A stretch of DNA of 64,000 bases from Parcubacteria group bacterium Gr01-1014_8. GTDB lineage: Bacteria > Patescibacteriota > Minisyncoccia > Phycocordibacterales > UBA2100. Location: the NCBI GenBank assembly GCA_007376385.1, contig VMGC01000002.1, positions 136,372 to 200,371 on the forward strand. The letters are read 5' to 3'. The position numbers and the translations under genes were made by a program. Shown in pieces: positions 19,018-28,128 of the stretch (position 1 is the stretch's first letter; the number at the start of each line of letters is the position of its first letter). Under the pieces are notes generated by a model. The model did no database searches and was not told the origin of the DNA. It saw only the letters and a list, made by a program, of their open reading frames with translations.

Positions 19018-20280
19018 GTGTTCACGGGTACGCTAGCTCTCATGTCATACACACCGAACGGTACGATTCTCAAAAAATACGCGGACGTGATGGTCAATTT
19101 CGCGCTCGGCAAAGGAAAGGGGATCAAGAAAGGAGATGTGGTACGGCTCTCCGGCAGCGAATCGTGCAAGCCTCTCTTTATCGCGATACACAATGCCATC
19201 ATTGATGCAGGCGGGCATGTCATTTCGCATTACGGTCCTGATGAAGAAAAAGGCGACAGACGCCGCAACATCAATTTCAGCCGATATTTCTACGAGCACG
19301 CGACTGACGAACAGCTGAAGTTTTTTCCGAAGAATTATCTCAAAGGTGTTGTTGACGACATGGATCACTCGCTGTTCATTTTGGCGGAGAAAGACCCGCA
19401 CGCGATGGACGGAGTAGACCCAAAGAAGATACTGCTCCGCGGGAAGACGATGAAGCCGTTCATGGATTGGCGTCACGAGAAAGAATATAAAGGCAAATTG
19501 ACCTGGTCCATCTGCATGTACGGAACTGCTGCGATGGCAAAGGAGGCAGGTCTATCGGAAAAAGAATATTGGAACCAGATAATCAAAGCGTGTTACCTCG
19601 ATAAGAAAAACCCAATTGCAGTCTGGAAAAAATTATATCGGGAAATTGAGAGTTACCGGCGAAAACTCTCCGCGCTATCGCCGAAGATCGACCGCCTGCA
19701 CGTTAAGGGGGTTGACGCTGACCTCTGGATACGTTTGGGCGAAAAGCGCCAGTGGCTTGCCGGGCGAGGCTACAACATGCCGTCATTCGAGATATTCACG
19801 TCACCCGACTGGCGCGGAACGAACGGATGGATCCGCTTCAATCAGCCTTTGTATCGTTATGGAACAAAAATGACCGGCATTCAGTTATGGTTCAAAGATG
19901 GTCGGGTTATAAAAAGCAAAGCGAAGACGAACGAAAAATTCTTGAAGCAGATGATAGCCACAGAAAATGCCGATAAGATAGGCGAATACTCCTTGACGGA
20001 CAGCCGCCACTCTCGCATCACAAAATTCATGGCAGAGACTCTGTATGATGAGAACGTCGGTGGACCGCAAGGGAACACACACCTAGCGGTGGGTATGAGC
20101 TATCGCGACACATATTCGGGGAATGTTGCGAAGCTTACTGATGCACAGGCGAAGAAACTCGGATTCAACGATTCTTCTGTACACACGGACATCATCTCCA
20201 CGACTCGCCGAATTGTAACGGCGCACCTAAGGAACGGCACACAAAAAGTCATCTACGAAGACGGGAAGTTCGTTTTATAG
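19018..20280 (+). CDS. Aminopeptidase, M29 family (AmpS/PepS-like)
   Basis: Size and N-terminal KKYADVMVNFALGKGKGIKKGDVV are typical of M29 peptidases; start may be the ATG at 19042. Confidence 0.7.
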   Translation: MFTGTLALMSYTPNGTILKKYADVMVNFALGKGKGIKKGDVVRLSGSESCKPLFIAIHNAIIDAGGHVISHYGPDEEKGDRRRNINFSRYFYEHATDEQLKFFPKNYLKGVVDDMDHSLFILAEKDPHAMDGVDPKKILLRGKTMKPFMDWRHEKEYKGKLTWSICMYGTAAMAKEAGLSEKEYWNQIIKACYLDKKNPIAVWKKLYREIESYRRKLSALSPKIDRLHVKGVDADLWIRLGEKRQWLAGRGYNMPSFEIFTSPDWRGTNGWIRFNQPLYRYGTKMTGIQLWFKDGRVIKSKAKTNEKFLKQMIATENADKIGEYSLTDSRHSRITKFMAETLYDENVGGPQGNTHLAVGMSYRDTYSGNVAKLTDAQAKKLGFNDSSVHTDIISTTRRIVTAHLRNGTQKVIYEDGKFVL

Positions 20281-20332
20281 AAGCTATGGTGGTACCAATG
20301 AGGAGCGAAAAACCATGAGATACTAGATCCTC

Positions 20333-20986
20333 ATGAAAACGATTTATTTTGTGAGGCACGGTGAGACTGAAGGGAATAAAGGTCATTTTTTTCAAGGACC
20401 GGATACTCCGCTTACTGATAAAGGCCGCGCGCAAGCGGCGTTTATTGCCGAACGCGTCTCGAAGCTTCCCATAGAGGTGATATTGTCGAGCGAAATGGAG
20501 CGTGCCAAAGATACAGCGGAACATATTTCCCGCAGCACTGGAAAGTTAGTCGAATTTTCCAAGTTTCTGTTTGAACGAAGAATTCCAAGTGTGCAGGTTG
20601 GATCACGGCATAATTCGGAAGAAATGAGGCATGTCTCGCGCGAGGTCATTGCAAATTTTGGGAAACCAGGCGGACGATATTCGGATGAAGAAAATTTTGA
20701 CGATCTCAAAGAACGTGCCCGGGATGCTCTCAATGAACTCGCAGAGCGACCGGAGAACCATATTGTTGCCGTTACTCACGGATTTTTTCTCCGTGTCATT
20801 CTAGCGTATGCGCTTTTCGATGAGAAATTGACACCCGAAATATGCGTCGCATTCTTAAAGGGCGGGCGTGTTGCCAATACGGGACTTACCATTCTTAGAT
20901 ACAAGCATGAAGACCACGAATACTTTGGAAACTCAGAGAACGGATGGGAGTTTTGGGTCTGGAACGACCATGCGCATTTGGGATAA
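20333..20986 (+). CDS. Histidine phosphatase family protein (phosphoglycerate-mutase-like)
   Basis: RHGETEGN catalytic motif; VTHG downstream. Confidence 0.75.
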   Translation: MKTIYFVRHGETEGNKGHFFQGPDTPLTDKGRAQAAFIAERVSKLPIEVILSSEMERAKDTAEHISRSTGKLVEFSKFLFERRIPSVQVGSRHNSEEMRHVSREVIANFGKPGGRYSDEENFDDLKERARDALNELAERPENHIVAVTHGFFLRVILAYALFDEKLTPEICVAFLKGGRVANTGLTILRYKHEDHEYFGNSENGWEFWVWNDHAHLG

Positions 20987-21019
20987 ATTGTATGCAAAAG
21001 TGTGCGATGATGAGCATGA

Positions 21020-21550
21020 ATGCGTCCTGATACTATGGTTGTAGAAAAATACAGAGACGTCATGAAGCTTCCGCACGATATAGAAGCCGAGCTGGACGGT
21101 GCGCCTCTGTTTGAAAATTTGGAAGCTGCAATGGGGACACTTGAGCTCGAGCATAAACGCCGTCGCAACCTTTTAGAGCACGCTGGGAAGGCAGAACGTC
21201 TCAACTACCCTGATAAGGCAACTGCGATAAAAGCAGCGATAATGAATGGAAGGTCAGCAGCAAAAGAAACAGCTGCGTGGGAGGATTTTACGCAGTCGAA
21301 TCCTTCTGCAGAACAGGCGGCAATAGTTCTAGCGCACGTCTCTCATTTTAGGTCCGCGAAACCGACGCTGCTCGATATGGCAATTGATTTCTTTCTTCTT
21401 CGTATTCAGGAGGTTACTGATGCGAAAAAATCAAGAGAGATAGTGGCTCTCGCTGCAAATGCCATTCGCAGCAGGCATCTGGACGATCCCGAAAAAAAAG
21501 GATATTTACGGAGACTGCAACTCTTAAATGGAGTGGGCGAGGAAAAATGA
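21020..21550 (+). CDS. Hypothetical protein
   Basis: ORF only. Confidence 0.4.
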   Translation: MRPDTMVVEKYRDVMKLPHDIEAELDGAPLFENLEAAMGTLELEHKRRRNLLEHAGKAERLNYPDKATAIKAAIMNGRSAAKETAAWEDFTQSNPSAEQAAIVLAHVSHFRSAKPTLLDMAIDFFLLRIQEVTDAKKSREIVALAANAIRSRHLDDPEKKGYLRRLQLLNGVGEEK

Positions 21551-21684
21551 AAGGTTTCAACCCCCAAGGCAAGCCCTGGACTCTGGAAAACGAGCACCGC
21601 TCGTTTCCCAAATTCCGCGGCCTGTCTGCGTGCATCGCACAGGTACACATATATCGGCGGCATTCACCGTGGTACACTGGCACT

Positions 21685-22239
21685 CCCATGAACACAACGA
21701 TTACGACAGGGTGGCTGAAGTTTGTCATAGGATGGACAGCTGTGTTCCTATTCCGCTTGATACCATTCAGACCGCCGAATTTTGAGCCAATGTTGGCGAC
21801 GATCATGCCGTTCTCAAAGCGATACGGCGTTGTGGGGAGCTTTTTGTTCGGATTCCTCGGAATTGTTCTCTACGATGCAGTAACGTCCGGCTGGGGGATA
21901 TGGACACTTGTAACGTCCGTCTGCTACGGCCTGTTGGGTGTCGGAGCATATTTTTTCTTTAAGAATCGTGAGGCAACGGCAACACATTTTGTGATGTTCG
22001 GCGTCCCGAGTACGGTATTGTACGACGCTGTAACGATGATGATAGGACCCCTCTTCAATGGACAATCTTTTGCTGCGGCGCTCATAGGGCAAATTCCATT
22101 CACCGTCATGCATCTTCTTGGAACCATTGTATTTGCAACACTTCTCAGTCCCGCTTTATACCGCTGGGTCGTTCAAAATGATGTTTTGGAATTTTCTGTT
22201 CTATGGATGCAGGTTCGCTCGTTGATCGGCACTCGTTGA
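21685..22239 (+). CDS. Multi-TM membrane protein, possibly an ECF-transporter S-component-like substrate-binding subunit (track ORF starts at 21547; likely start is the MNTTITT Met)
   Basis: 5-6 hydrophobic helices; the N-terminal 46 aa of the track ORF are non-membrane and overlap the preceding gene. Confidence 0.45.
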   Translation, partial: PMNTTITTGWLKFVIGWTAVFLFRLIPFRPPNFEPMLATIMPFSKRYGVVGSFLFGFLGIVLYDAVTSGWGIWTLVTSVCYGLLGVGAYFFFKNREATATHFVMFGVPSTVLYDAVTMMIGPLFNGQSFAAALIGQIPFTVMHLLGTIVFATLLSPALYRWVVQNDVLEFSVLWMQVRSLIGTR

Positions 22240-22251
22240 AATTACTCCTGC

Positions 22252-22317
22252 TTTATTTCCGAGCCGAGGAGCAAACACAGGTTCAATACCTCGGAGCTTG
22301 CTCCGAAGAACCTTTAT
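22252..22317. repeat. Dispersed palindromic repeat, copy 2 (orientation opposite to copies 1 and 4)
   Basis: ATTTCCGAGCCGAGGAGCAAACACAGGTTCAATACCTCGGAGCTTGCTCCGAAGAACCTTTAT. Confidence 0.6.
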
Positions 22318-22891
22318 CTTTGCGAGGGCGAATAAATACAAATATATCATTCGCCGAGTAGGTGTCATCGGAATTTGCTCGAAGCTCGAGTTGACGTTGT
22401 CCCGGAAGAAGAAATCGCATGGGACCAGCGATAGAAGAAAGTCCAAAAACATGAGACGTATGGGCGCTGACTGGAATAGCTTGCATACCAAGTACCAGGT
22501 GTTCGCCAGGAGGTTGATTACGATATTGGATACGAAGCAATGGGCCTACTTGAGGTGGACATAATTCGAGCCCATGTGCCACAGCAATTTCACAAATATA
22601 TTTGTAGAGTCCCGTGCCATGCTTTATTTTGTCGTAATCGAAACCCAGGCTTCGTGCTGACAGTGTCACTAATTCTACTTCTCTGCTTTTTGGCGCGTCT
22701 TGAAATGATGCGGTTTCAAGGAGTTGATGCGCGTCTTGAGTGATGTAACATCCAGCATCATTGAGCTTCTTCCGGAAAGACGATGCGGATTCCGAATGGG
22801 CAGGAAGCATGAGGCGCATGAGAACTGGCAATTTCTCTATTGATGTATCAGCATGAGCCGTATCCGTATTGGACTTGGGATAGTTTTTCAT
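22283..22891 (-). CDS. Hypothetical protein; its 3' end runs into repeat copy 2
   Basis: ORF only. Confidence 0.4.
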   Translation of the reverse strand: MKNYPKSNTDTAHADTSIEKLPVLMRLMLPAHSESASSFRKKLNDAGCYITQDAHQLLETASFQDAPKSREVELVTLSARSLGFDYDKIKHGTGLYKYICEIAVAHGLELCPPQVGPLLRIQYRNQPPGEHLVLGMQAIPVSAHTSHVFGLSSIAGPMRFLLPGQRQLELRANSDDTYSANDIFVFIRPRKDKGSSEQAPRY

Positions 22892-23008
22892 TGTGCAAGT
22901 GTAAAGCTCCGTATACTTCGTGTCGACTGCCAGTTATGCTGAGACAGGACGTTGCGCTGGTTTCAACTTGATATATACTTCATTTTTAATGCTCCAACAT
23001 CTCATCGA

Positions 23009-23045
23009 CCCCAGTACCACAAGCCCTTCGGGCTTGGCTACGGGG
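23009..23045 (+). ncRNA. Conserved 37-nt leader hairpin motif (CCCCAGUACCACAAGCCCUUCGGGCUUGGCUACGGGG) in the pyrB 5' region; a paralogous copy lies in the uvrA leader
   Basis: 7-bp stem CAAGCCC/GGGCUUG with a UUCG tetraloop; compensatory C:G to U:A change in the copy at 53093. Confidence 0.5.
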
Positions 23046-23104
23046 CGAGGTTCATTGCATGAATATACTTGCGCGGGCGTGCAGTCCGTGGAGAAAATAA
23101 TGTT

Positions 23105-24016
23105 ATGCAACATCTGATCGAAACCCAGCAGTTCGATAGAGAAGCTCTTAGCAAATTGTTTGCGCTTGCGACCACTCTTGAGGGGAAGCGCGAAGAATCA
23201 CTCAAAGGCAAGATACTTGCCTCTCTTTTTTACGCACCGTCCACTCGAACGCGGCTTTCATTCGAATCAGCGATGATGCGGCTCGGAGGCAATGTTCTTT
23301 CGATGGAAAATGCAAGCGAATCATCGTCGGCAACAAAAGGCGAGACAATCGAAGACACGATACGCATCGTGGATGATTATGCCGACATTATCGTCCTCAG
23401 ACACACGGAAGTCGGGACTGCGGCGAAGGCGGCAGCTGTCTCGGAAGTTCCCATTATCAATGCAGGAGATGGCATTGGACAACACCCGACGCAAGCGTTT
23501 CTCGATCTGTATACAATAGAGCGCGAAATAGGGCGCACAGACGACTTCCACATTGCATTTGTGGGTAATCTTGCGTATTACCGGACCGCGCGTTCGCTTG
23601 CGTATCTTTTGGGAAAATACAATAAAGTAAAAATGACGTTTGTTTCTGCGCCGGAGCTCCGGATGAAAGATGATGTCAAGGATTATTTGAAGGAAAAAAA
23701 TGTGCATTTTGAAGAAACGGAAGACTTGGAAAGCACGATGAAAGTAGCAGATGTGGTGTATCAAACGCGGGTAGCGGAAGAATGGATACCGAACGAGGAG
23801 GATTACAAAAAACTTCGCGACAAATACGTCATCACGCGCCCAATGACCGACGTAATGAAAGAGGGGGCCATCCTCATTCATCCTCTGCCCCGTGCCGGAG
23901 AAATAGCACCTGAAGTCGACGATTCGCCTCACGCTGTCTACTTCAAACAAGCGGGGTATGGTGTGCTTGTGCGCATGGCGCTATTGAAGCTCTTAGCCAA
24001 TGGCGAGAAGGTGTAA
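23105..24016 (+). CDS. pyrB: Aspartate carbamoyltransferase catalytic subunit
   Basis: STRTRLSFE, HPTQ, HPLPR motifs; the alternative start at 23069 has a GAGG 8 nt upstream. Confidence 0.85.
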   Translation: MQHLIETQQFDREALSKLFALATTLEGKREESLKGKILASLFYAPSTRTRLSFESAMMRLGGNVLSMENASESSSATKGETIEDTIRIVDDYADIIVLRHTEVGTAAKAAAVSEVPIINAGDGIGQHPTQAFLDLYTIEREIGRTDDFHIAFVGNLAYYRTARSLAYLLGKYNKVKMTFVSAPELRMKDDVKDYLKEKNVHFEETEDLESTMKVADVVYQTRVAEEWIPNEEDYKKLRDKYVITRPMTDVMKEGAILIHPLPRAGEIAPEVDDSPHAVYFKQAGYGVLVRMALLKLLANGEKV

Positions 24017-24023
24017 TGCGCGT

Positions 24024-24431
24024 ATGCTTCGGACCGAAGAAGACTGGCAAAAAAAGCTGACTCCCGAGCAATATAAGATCTTACGCGAAAAGGGGACGGA
24101 AATGCCGTTCTCCGGAAAATTGCTGCATGAAGACCGCGACGGCATCTTTAAGTGTGCCGCTTGCGGCAATGCGCTCTTTGCCTCGGACGCAAAATTTGAT
24201 TCAGGCACAGGCTGGCCAAGTTTTGACCAAGCGTTGCCTGGTGCTATCGAGCAGGTTCGCGATACGGCGCATCGGATGGAACGGACCGAGGTCGTATGCG
24301 CCCATTGCAAATCTCACTTGGGTCACGTATTTGATGATGGTCCCACTAAAACGGGCAAACGGTATTGTTTGAACTCTGTGTGTCTGGGATTCGATACTAC
24401 AGAAGCTCCATCAAACGGGGAACAAAAATAA
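24024..24431 (+). CDS. msrB: Peptide-methionine (R)-S-oxide reductase
   Basis: CAACGNALF...CAHCKSHLGHVF zinc and catalytic Cys motifs, GWPSF. Confidence 0.85.
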   Translation: MLRTEEDWQKKLTPEQYKILREKGTEMPFSGKLLHEDRDGIFKCAACGNALFASDAKFDSGTGWPSFDQALPGAIEQVRDTAHRMERTEVVCAHCKSHLGHVFDDGPTKTGKRYCLNSVCLGFDTTEAPSNGEQK

Positions 24432-24759
24432 TTCCAAGAACGACTATCGCGCCGAGCCCGATGAGAGAAGCAGATGCCGCGCCGAGGTCTTTAATGAGAC
24501 CTATCAAAGGGTCGTTAGACTTCTCGAACATATTGCCGATGCGTTCTATCGCTGTATTGATAAGTTCGACAGAGAGGACCCCCGACAGTGCGAGAATGAG
24601 CAGGGCCCACTCGATGGGCGAAATGCTCACGTACAGTGCAAGACCAAGAAAAATGATAGAAACAGACACGTGGACGCGGAAGCTGGGCTCCTCATTCCAC
24701 GTTATGTTGATCGCCTTTAAGGCGCATTTGAGGTTACGCAGTTTGCGCTCGAAAATCAT
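24397..24759 (-). CDS. dgkA: Diacylglycerol / undecaprenol kinase (DgkA family)
   Basis: VELINTAIE...KDLGAASASLIG matches DgkA conserved blocks; 3 TM. Confidence 0.7.
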   Translation of the reverse strand: MIFERKLRNLKCALKAINITWNEEPSFRVHVSVSIIFLGLALYVSISPIEWALLILALSGVLSVELINTAIERIGNMFEKSNDPLIGLIKDLGAASASLIGLGAIVVLGIIFVPRLMELL

Positions 24760-24931
24760 GTTGGCATTATAGGGTAGGATACGTACTTCTGTTACTATAC
24801 TGTTCATGCTTCAGCGAATGCCAGTAACGATACTCGTAGTTGCGGTATTCACAACACTATTGTTTGGTTCCTTCCAACAGTTGTCTTGGTCTGCGGATAA
24901 TGGCATAGTCGATGATCGCTATTGAATAGAT

Positions 24932-25501
24932 ATGCTCATCCTTACTCGCATGTTCTTCCTAGCTCCGCTTTTTGCTCTAACGTTGCTTCTTTTGCCCAGC
25001 GCGGTTTTAGCGCACGGCGGCGAATCGCTCACATTTACCAGCACGACGACAGAAGGATACGTTGTCGACGTTGACATTGAAGATGGATATCTTGAGGCTG
25101 ACTCTTTTACCCGCATTGATTTCGGGCTCTTTAAGGATGCCGCGCGCTCCAAAAGCGCAGATTTCACTGATATGTGGGTTCGCATCGTGAAAAAAGACGG
25201 GAGCAAAGCCGGCCAGACGCTCTTTGCGGGCGCAATTGCTAAACAGCAGATCGGGGGCAACGGTTTCTCGTTCGTATTTCCAGAAGGAGGAGTCTATGCG
25301 CTCAGCGTTCGGTATAATGATGCAAGCAAGGAGAAGTATGGTGATATTGTTGGGGAGGCGGAATTCGAGTTTGAAGTTTTGCGCAGCCCTGACGAGAACG
25401 CATTCAATGTTGGCATGGAGTTTTGGGTCGGATTGATGATCGGGGCTTTTGCACTTGCAACCCTCTGTGTACCGCTGTTTCTCAGAAGGAAAGTACCCTG
25501 A
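24932..25501 (+). CDS. Secreted hypothetical protein with a signal peptide and a C-terminal TM anchor
   Basis: Hydrophobic N- and C-termini. Confidence 0.45.
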   Translation: MLILTRMFFLAPLFALTLLLLPSAVLAHGGESLTFTSTTTEGYVVDVDIEDGYLEADSFTRIDFGLFKDAARSKSADFTDMWVRIVKKDGSKAGQTLFAGAIAKQQIGGNGFSFVFPEGGVYALSVRYNDASKEKYGDIVGEAEFEFEVLRSPDENAFNVGMEFWVGLMIGAFALATLCVPLFLRRKVP

Positions 25502-25560
25502 TCGCAGGCGAGGATGCTTCTTTCTGGTGCTCTTATCTGCCGTTTTCTGCACATAAACAT

Positions 25561-25989
25561 ATGCTGATCGAGCTGTTCGGACAGAGCATTCTTTGGGGAA
25601 CGCTTCTGCTGTTCACGCTTGTGTGGAGACCGATACATATGGTGGCCGTATGGGATGAGACCTCTGTAAAGAACATCGAACGAATATATTCGTTGCTTAT
25701 ATTTTTCGGCGTCACTACCGGCATACTTGGAAGTATCGCGACAGTGTCCTGGGGTGTGTTTCTGTTCTCACGTGAAAAAGGGTTTCCGTTCTACGAGGTT
25801 TTTGCACAATTCTTAAAGACTGACCTTGCCTCTATGGCAGTGTATCGCGCGCTTCTTCTTGCACTCCTATTCAGTATATTTATCGTCGGTTGGAAACATA
25901 TTTTTGGAGCAAAGATCTTCTCTGTGTTTGAAGCATTGTTATTCGCATGTCTCTTTGCGTCGAGCTATGCGCTCTGGCTTTATTGGTAA
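25561..25989 (+). CDS. Hypothetical multi-TM membrane protein
   Basis: 4 hydrophobic helices; start taken at the MLIELFG Met after the upstream gene's stop. Confidence 0.4.
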   Translation: MLIELFGQSILWGTLLLFTLVWRPIHMVAVWDETSVKNIERIYSLLIFFGVTTGILGSIATVSWGVFLFSREKGFPFYEVFAQFLKTDLASMAVYRALLLALLFSIFIVGWKHIFGAKIFSVFEALLFACLFASSYALWLYW

Positions 25990-26004
25990 GCAAAGCGAGC
26001 TTGC

Positions 26005-26772
26005 CTAGAAGACAAAGAATAGAAAGATCAGCCCGAGTGCGATGCGATAGATACCGAACGAGATGAATGAGTGACTCTGCACGAAACGAAGGAGCCACAT
26101 GATACTGGCGGCTGCAACAACAAACGACAGAACGAATCCGATGGAGAGAGACATTGCTTGGTCGCTCGAGAATGTAGAATAATTTTTCAGCAGGTCGAGG
26201 CCCGTTGCGGCAAGCATCGTAGGGACCGCAAGCAAGAATGAGAATTCGACGATGGTTTTCCGCTTAAGTCCCAGCGCGAGTCCTCCGATGATAGTCGCAC
26301 CTGAGCGAGAAATGCCCGGGATCATTGCGATAGATTGAAACAGGCCTATGAGAACTGACTGTGTGTAGGAAATTGCAGAAACGGCGCCTGTCGCGCTATC
26401 AGTTTCATGGTGGAAGTATTCAAACGCAATGAGCGCAATACCGCCGAGAAGCAACGTCCACACAACTAACTGTTCGCTGCCCAAGAGATACGTTTTTATT
26501 GTGGAATACAGAAGGAGCCCAATAACTGCAGTCGGAATGAACGCGACAACAAGTCGTTTTAGTATCTCGACATCAAAAAATGACTTCCAATACAATGCGA
26601 TAACTGCGGCAATTGCTCCCGACTGAATGATTATTTCGAAACTTTTTAGAAATTCACTGTCAGGAAGGCCAAGAAGCGAGCTTGCCAGTATCAAGTGTCC
26701 GGTAGATGAAATTGGCAAGAACTCAGTCAGCCCCTCGACGACAGAGAGAATGACCGCATCAAATACGTTCAT
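26005..26772 (-). CDS. uppP: Undecaprenyl-diphosphatase (BacA/UppP)
   Basis: VVEGLTEFLPISSTGHL and PGISRSGATI motifs. Confidence 0.85.
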   Translation of the reverse strand: MNVFDAVILSVVEGLTEFLPISSTGHLILASSLLGLPDSEFLKSFEIIIQSGAIAAVIALYWKSFFDVEILKRLVVAFIPTAVIGLLLYSTIKTYLLGSEQLVVWTLLLGGIALIAFEYFHHETDSATGAVSAISYTQSVLIGLFQSIAMIPGISRSGATIIGGLALGLKRKTIVEFSFLLAVPTMLAATGLDLLKNYSTFSSDQAMSLSIGFVLSFVVAAASIMWLLRFVQSHSFISFGIYRIALGLIFLFFVF

Positions 26773-26788
26773 GGTAGTGATTCTATCA

Positions 26789-27820
26789 CTACCGCGCTCG
26801 CGGGATGCCTCCAGTGTCAACAGACTGCCCGTCAGTGGATAGAGCAGGCTCTGATACCGATGGTTCGCTCGCCGGCGTTCCGCCGGTTCCTTCTGCGCTG
26901 GTCGTCGTTGCTTCGACTATCGAAGGAGTACCCACGGTAGAATTTGTGGATCGGTTTGCTTTTGGTGCAGCCTTTGAGGGCGCACTTGGCACTAGAGGCT
27001 CATTTATTTCAGGTAATTGCTCTGTCTCCTCCATCACACGGGATGGATCCATGGGCTCTTCCTCTGGGAGAGCAGTCTGGATGCCGAGCATCAGACCAGC
27101 ACCGACGAGACCGGCAAGAATGTGCATATATGTGCCTCCGTTGCTCCGAACTGACGCGAGCGCGTGGGGCAAGAGGTCATGCAAGACAACAGACATAAAT
27201 CCTCCGGCGGCTATACCAGAAAATAGTGCGACGATCCAAGTCACTGATGACAGTGTGCTTGCAAGGAAAAAGCCGATGAGAATGGTGGAGGAAACGAGAA
27301 AACTCCGGGTCAGGGCTCCTTTATTGGAATATCCAGCCCCGCGTAGCACAAAGTACTCTGAGACCTCCTGCACCGTCTCATGGAGAACGACGCCGAGCGT
27401 TGCTGCAAGGCCGATGTACCAATTCGTCTCAAAAGCACCCACAAGCAGAATACCGTCCCCAATGTTATGCAGAGCGTCGCTAAAGAGCACGCTACGACCC
27501 TCTATGGGAGTGTGAGTGTGACTATTGTCAACGTCGTGGTGGTGGTGCTTTGTTGGAAAAATATAGTGAATTCCTTCCATAAGCGTTGCACCGATAAGTA
27601 CCGATATGACAGCGACCACCCAGCCGCCTGCGCGTACGGCCTCCGATGCAAGGTCAAATGCGACAAGAACAAACACGCCAGCAGAAAAGGTTGCCAAATA
27701 GGTCAGATATCGTTGCATCCACTGTCCCAGTTTTCCTGCGGAAAAGATGACCCCAATAAGAGATATCAGCATGACAAGAAGCGATGCGAGAAAAGCAGCG
27801 CTCGCAGCTGAAAAGTCCAT
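26789..27820 (-). CDS. ZIP-family divalent metal transporter with an approximately 90-aa Ser/Thr/Pro/Ala-rich C-terminal tail
   Basis: ZIP helices with the HNIGDG...GVVLHE pattern and a His-rich loop (HHHHDVDNSHTH); TACACT lies 10 nt upstream of the ATG. Confidence 0.8.
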   Translation of the reverse strand: MDFSAASAAFLASLLVMLISLIGVIFSAGKLGQWMQRYLTYLATFSAGVFVLVAFDLASEAVRAGGWVVAVISVLIGATLMEGIHYIFPTKHHHHDVDNSHTHTPIEGRSVLFSDALHNIGDGILLVGAFETNWYIGLAATLGVVLHETVQEVSEYFVLRGAGYSNKGALTRSFLVSSTILIGFFLASTLSSVTWIVALFSGIAAGGFMSVVLHDLLPHALASVRSNGGTYMHILAGLVGAGLMLGIQTALPEEEPMDPSRVMEETEQLPEINEPLVPSAPSKAAPKANRSTNSTVGTPSIVEATTTSAEGTGGTPASEPSVSEPALSTDGQSVDTGGIPRAR

Positions 27821-27832
27821 AATGGGTGTGAG

Positions 27833-27939
27833 TGTACCCCATGAGATAAGGACCCGCTATAGGCTATTCACAGGAAGCTACTTTTTGAAAGAAGAATTAC
27901 TCTAGCGAACGCCACCCGGTCTATCTCACGGGGTGTACC
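27833..27939. promoter_or_regulatory. Inverted pair of the TATCTCAYGGGGT(A/G)TAC motif (RC copy at 27833-27847, direct copy at 27923-27939) plus the direct repeat GGCTATTCACAG(G)AAG (27871-27889 and 27961-27977); the left copy doubles as the -10 region of the ZIP gene
   Basis: Read directly; the same motif pair is found at 52979-53085 and 60663-60768. Confidence 0.5.
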
Positions 27940-28090
27940 CCAGAGAGTAAAGACTCGCTACCGGCTATTCACAGAAGATATGCTGACAACAAAGTATGCA
28001 CATCATGCGGACCGTTTGCCTCTATCTACTATTGACACAGGGCCGGGTATGTATCCGAGTATTTTCCTTAAAACTTGACGGAACAAGTGA

Positions 28091-28128
28091 AATGTCCGAT
28101 AGGAATGTCCATGAGGATGTCTGATGGG
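28091..28128. repeat. Three tandem 13-bp units (AATGTCCGATAGG / AATGTCCATGAGG / ATGTCTGATGGG) in a GACAG/TTGACAG-rich 520-bp intergenic region
   Basis: Read directly. Confidence 0.6.

Noticed and set aside
22960-23104. PyrR-binding attenuator upstream of pyrB
   Set aside because: No UCCAGAGAGGCU-like binding loop present; the conserved hairpin here is instead shared with uvrA.
23069-23104. Longer pyrB start at 23069
   Set aside because: It adds 12 residues absent from ATCase N-termini; ATG 23105 is preferred, though a GAGG lies 8 nt upstream of 23069, so this is not fully excluded.
25423-25560. N-terminal 46 aa of ORF 25423..25989
   Set aside because: Overlaps the preceding gene (24932..25501) and is non-hydrophobic; the start is more likely at 25561.
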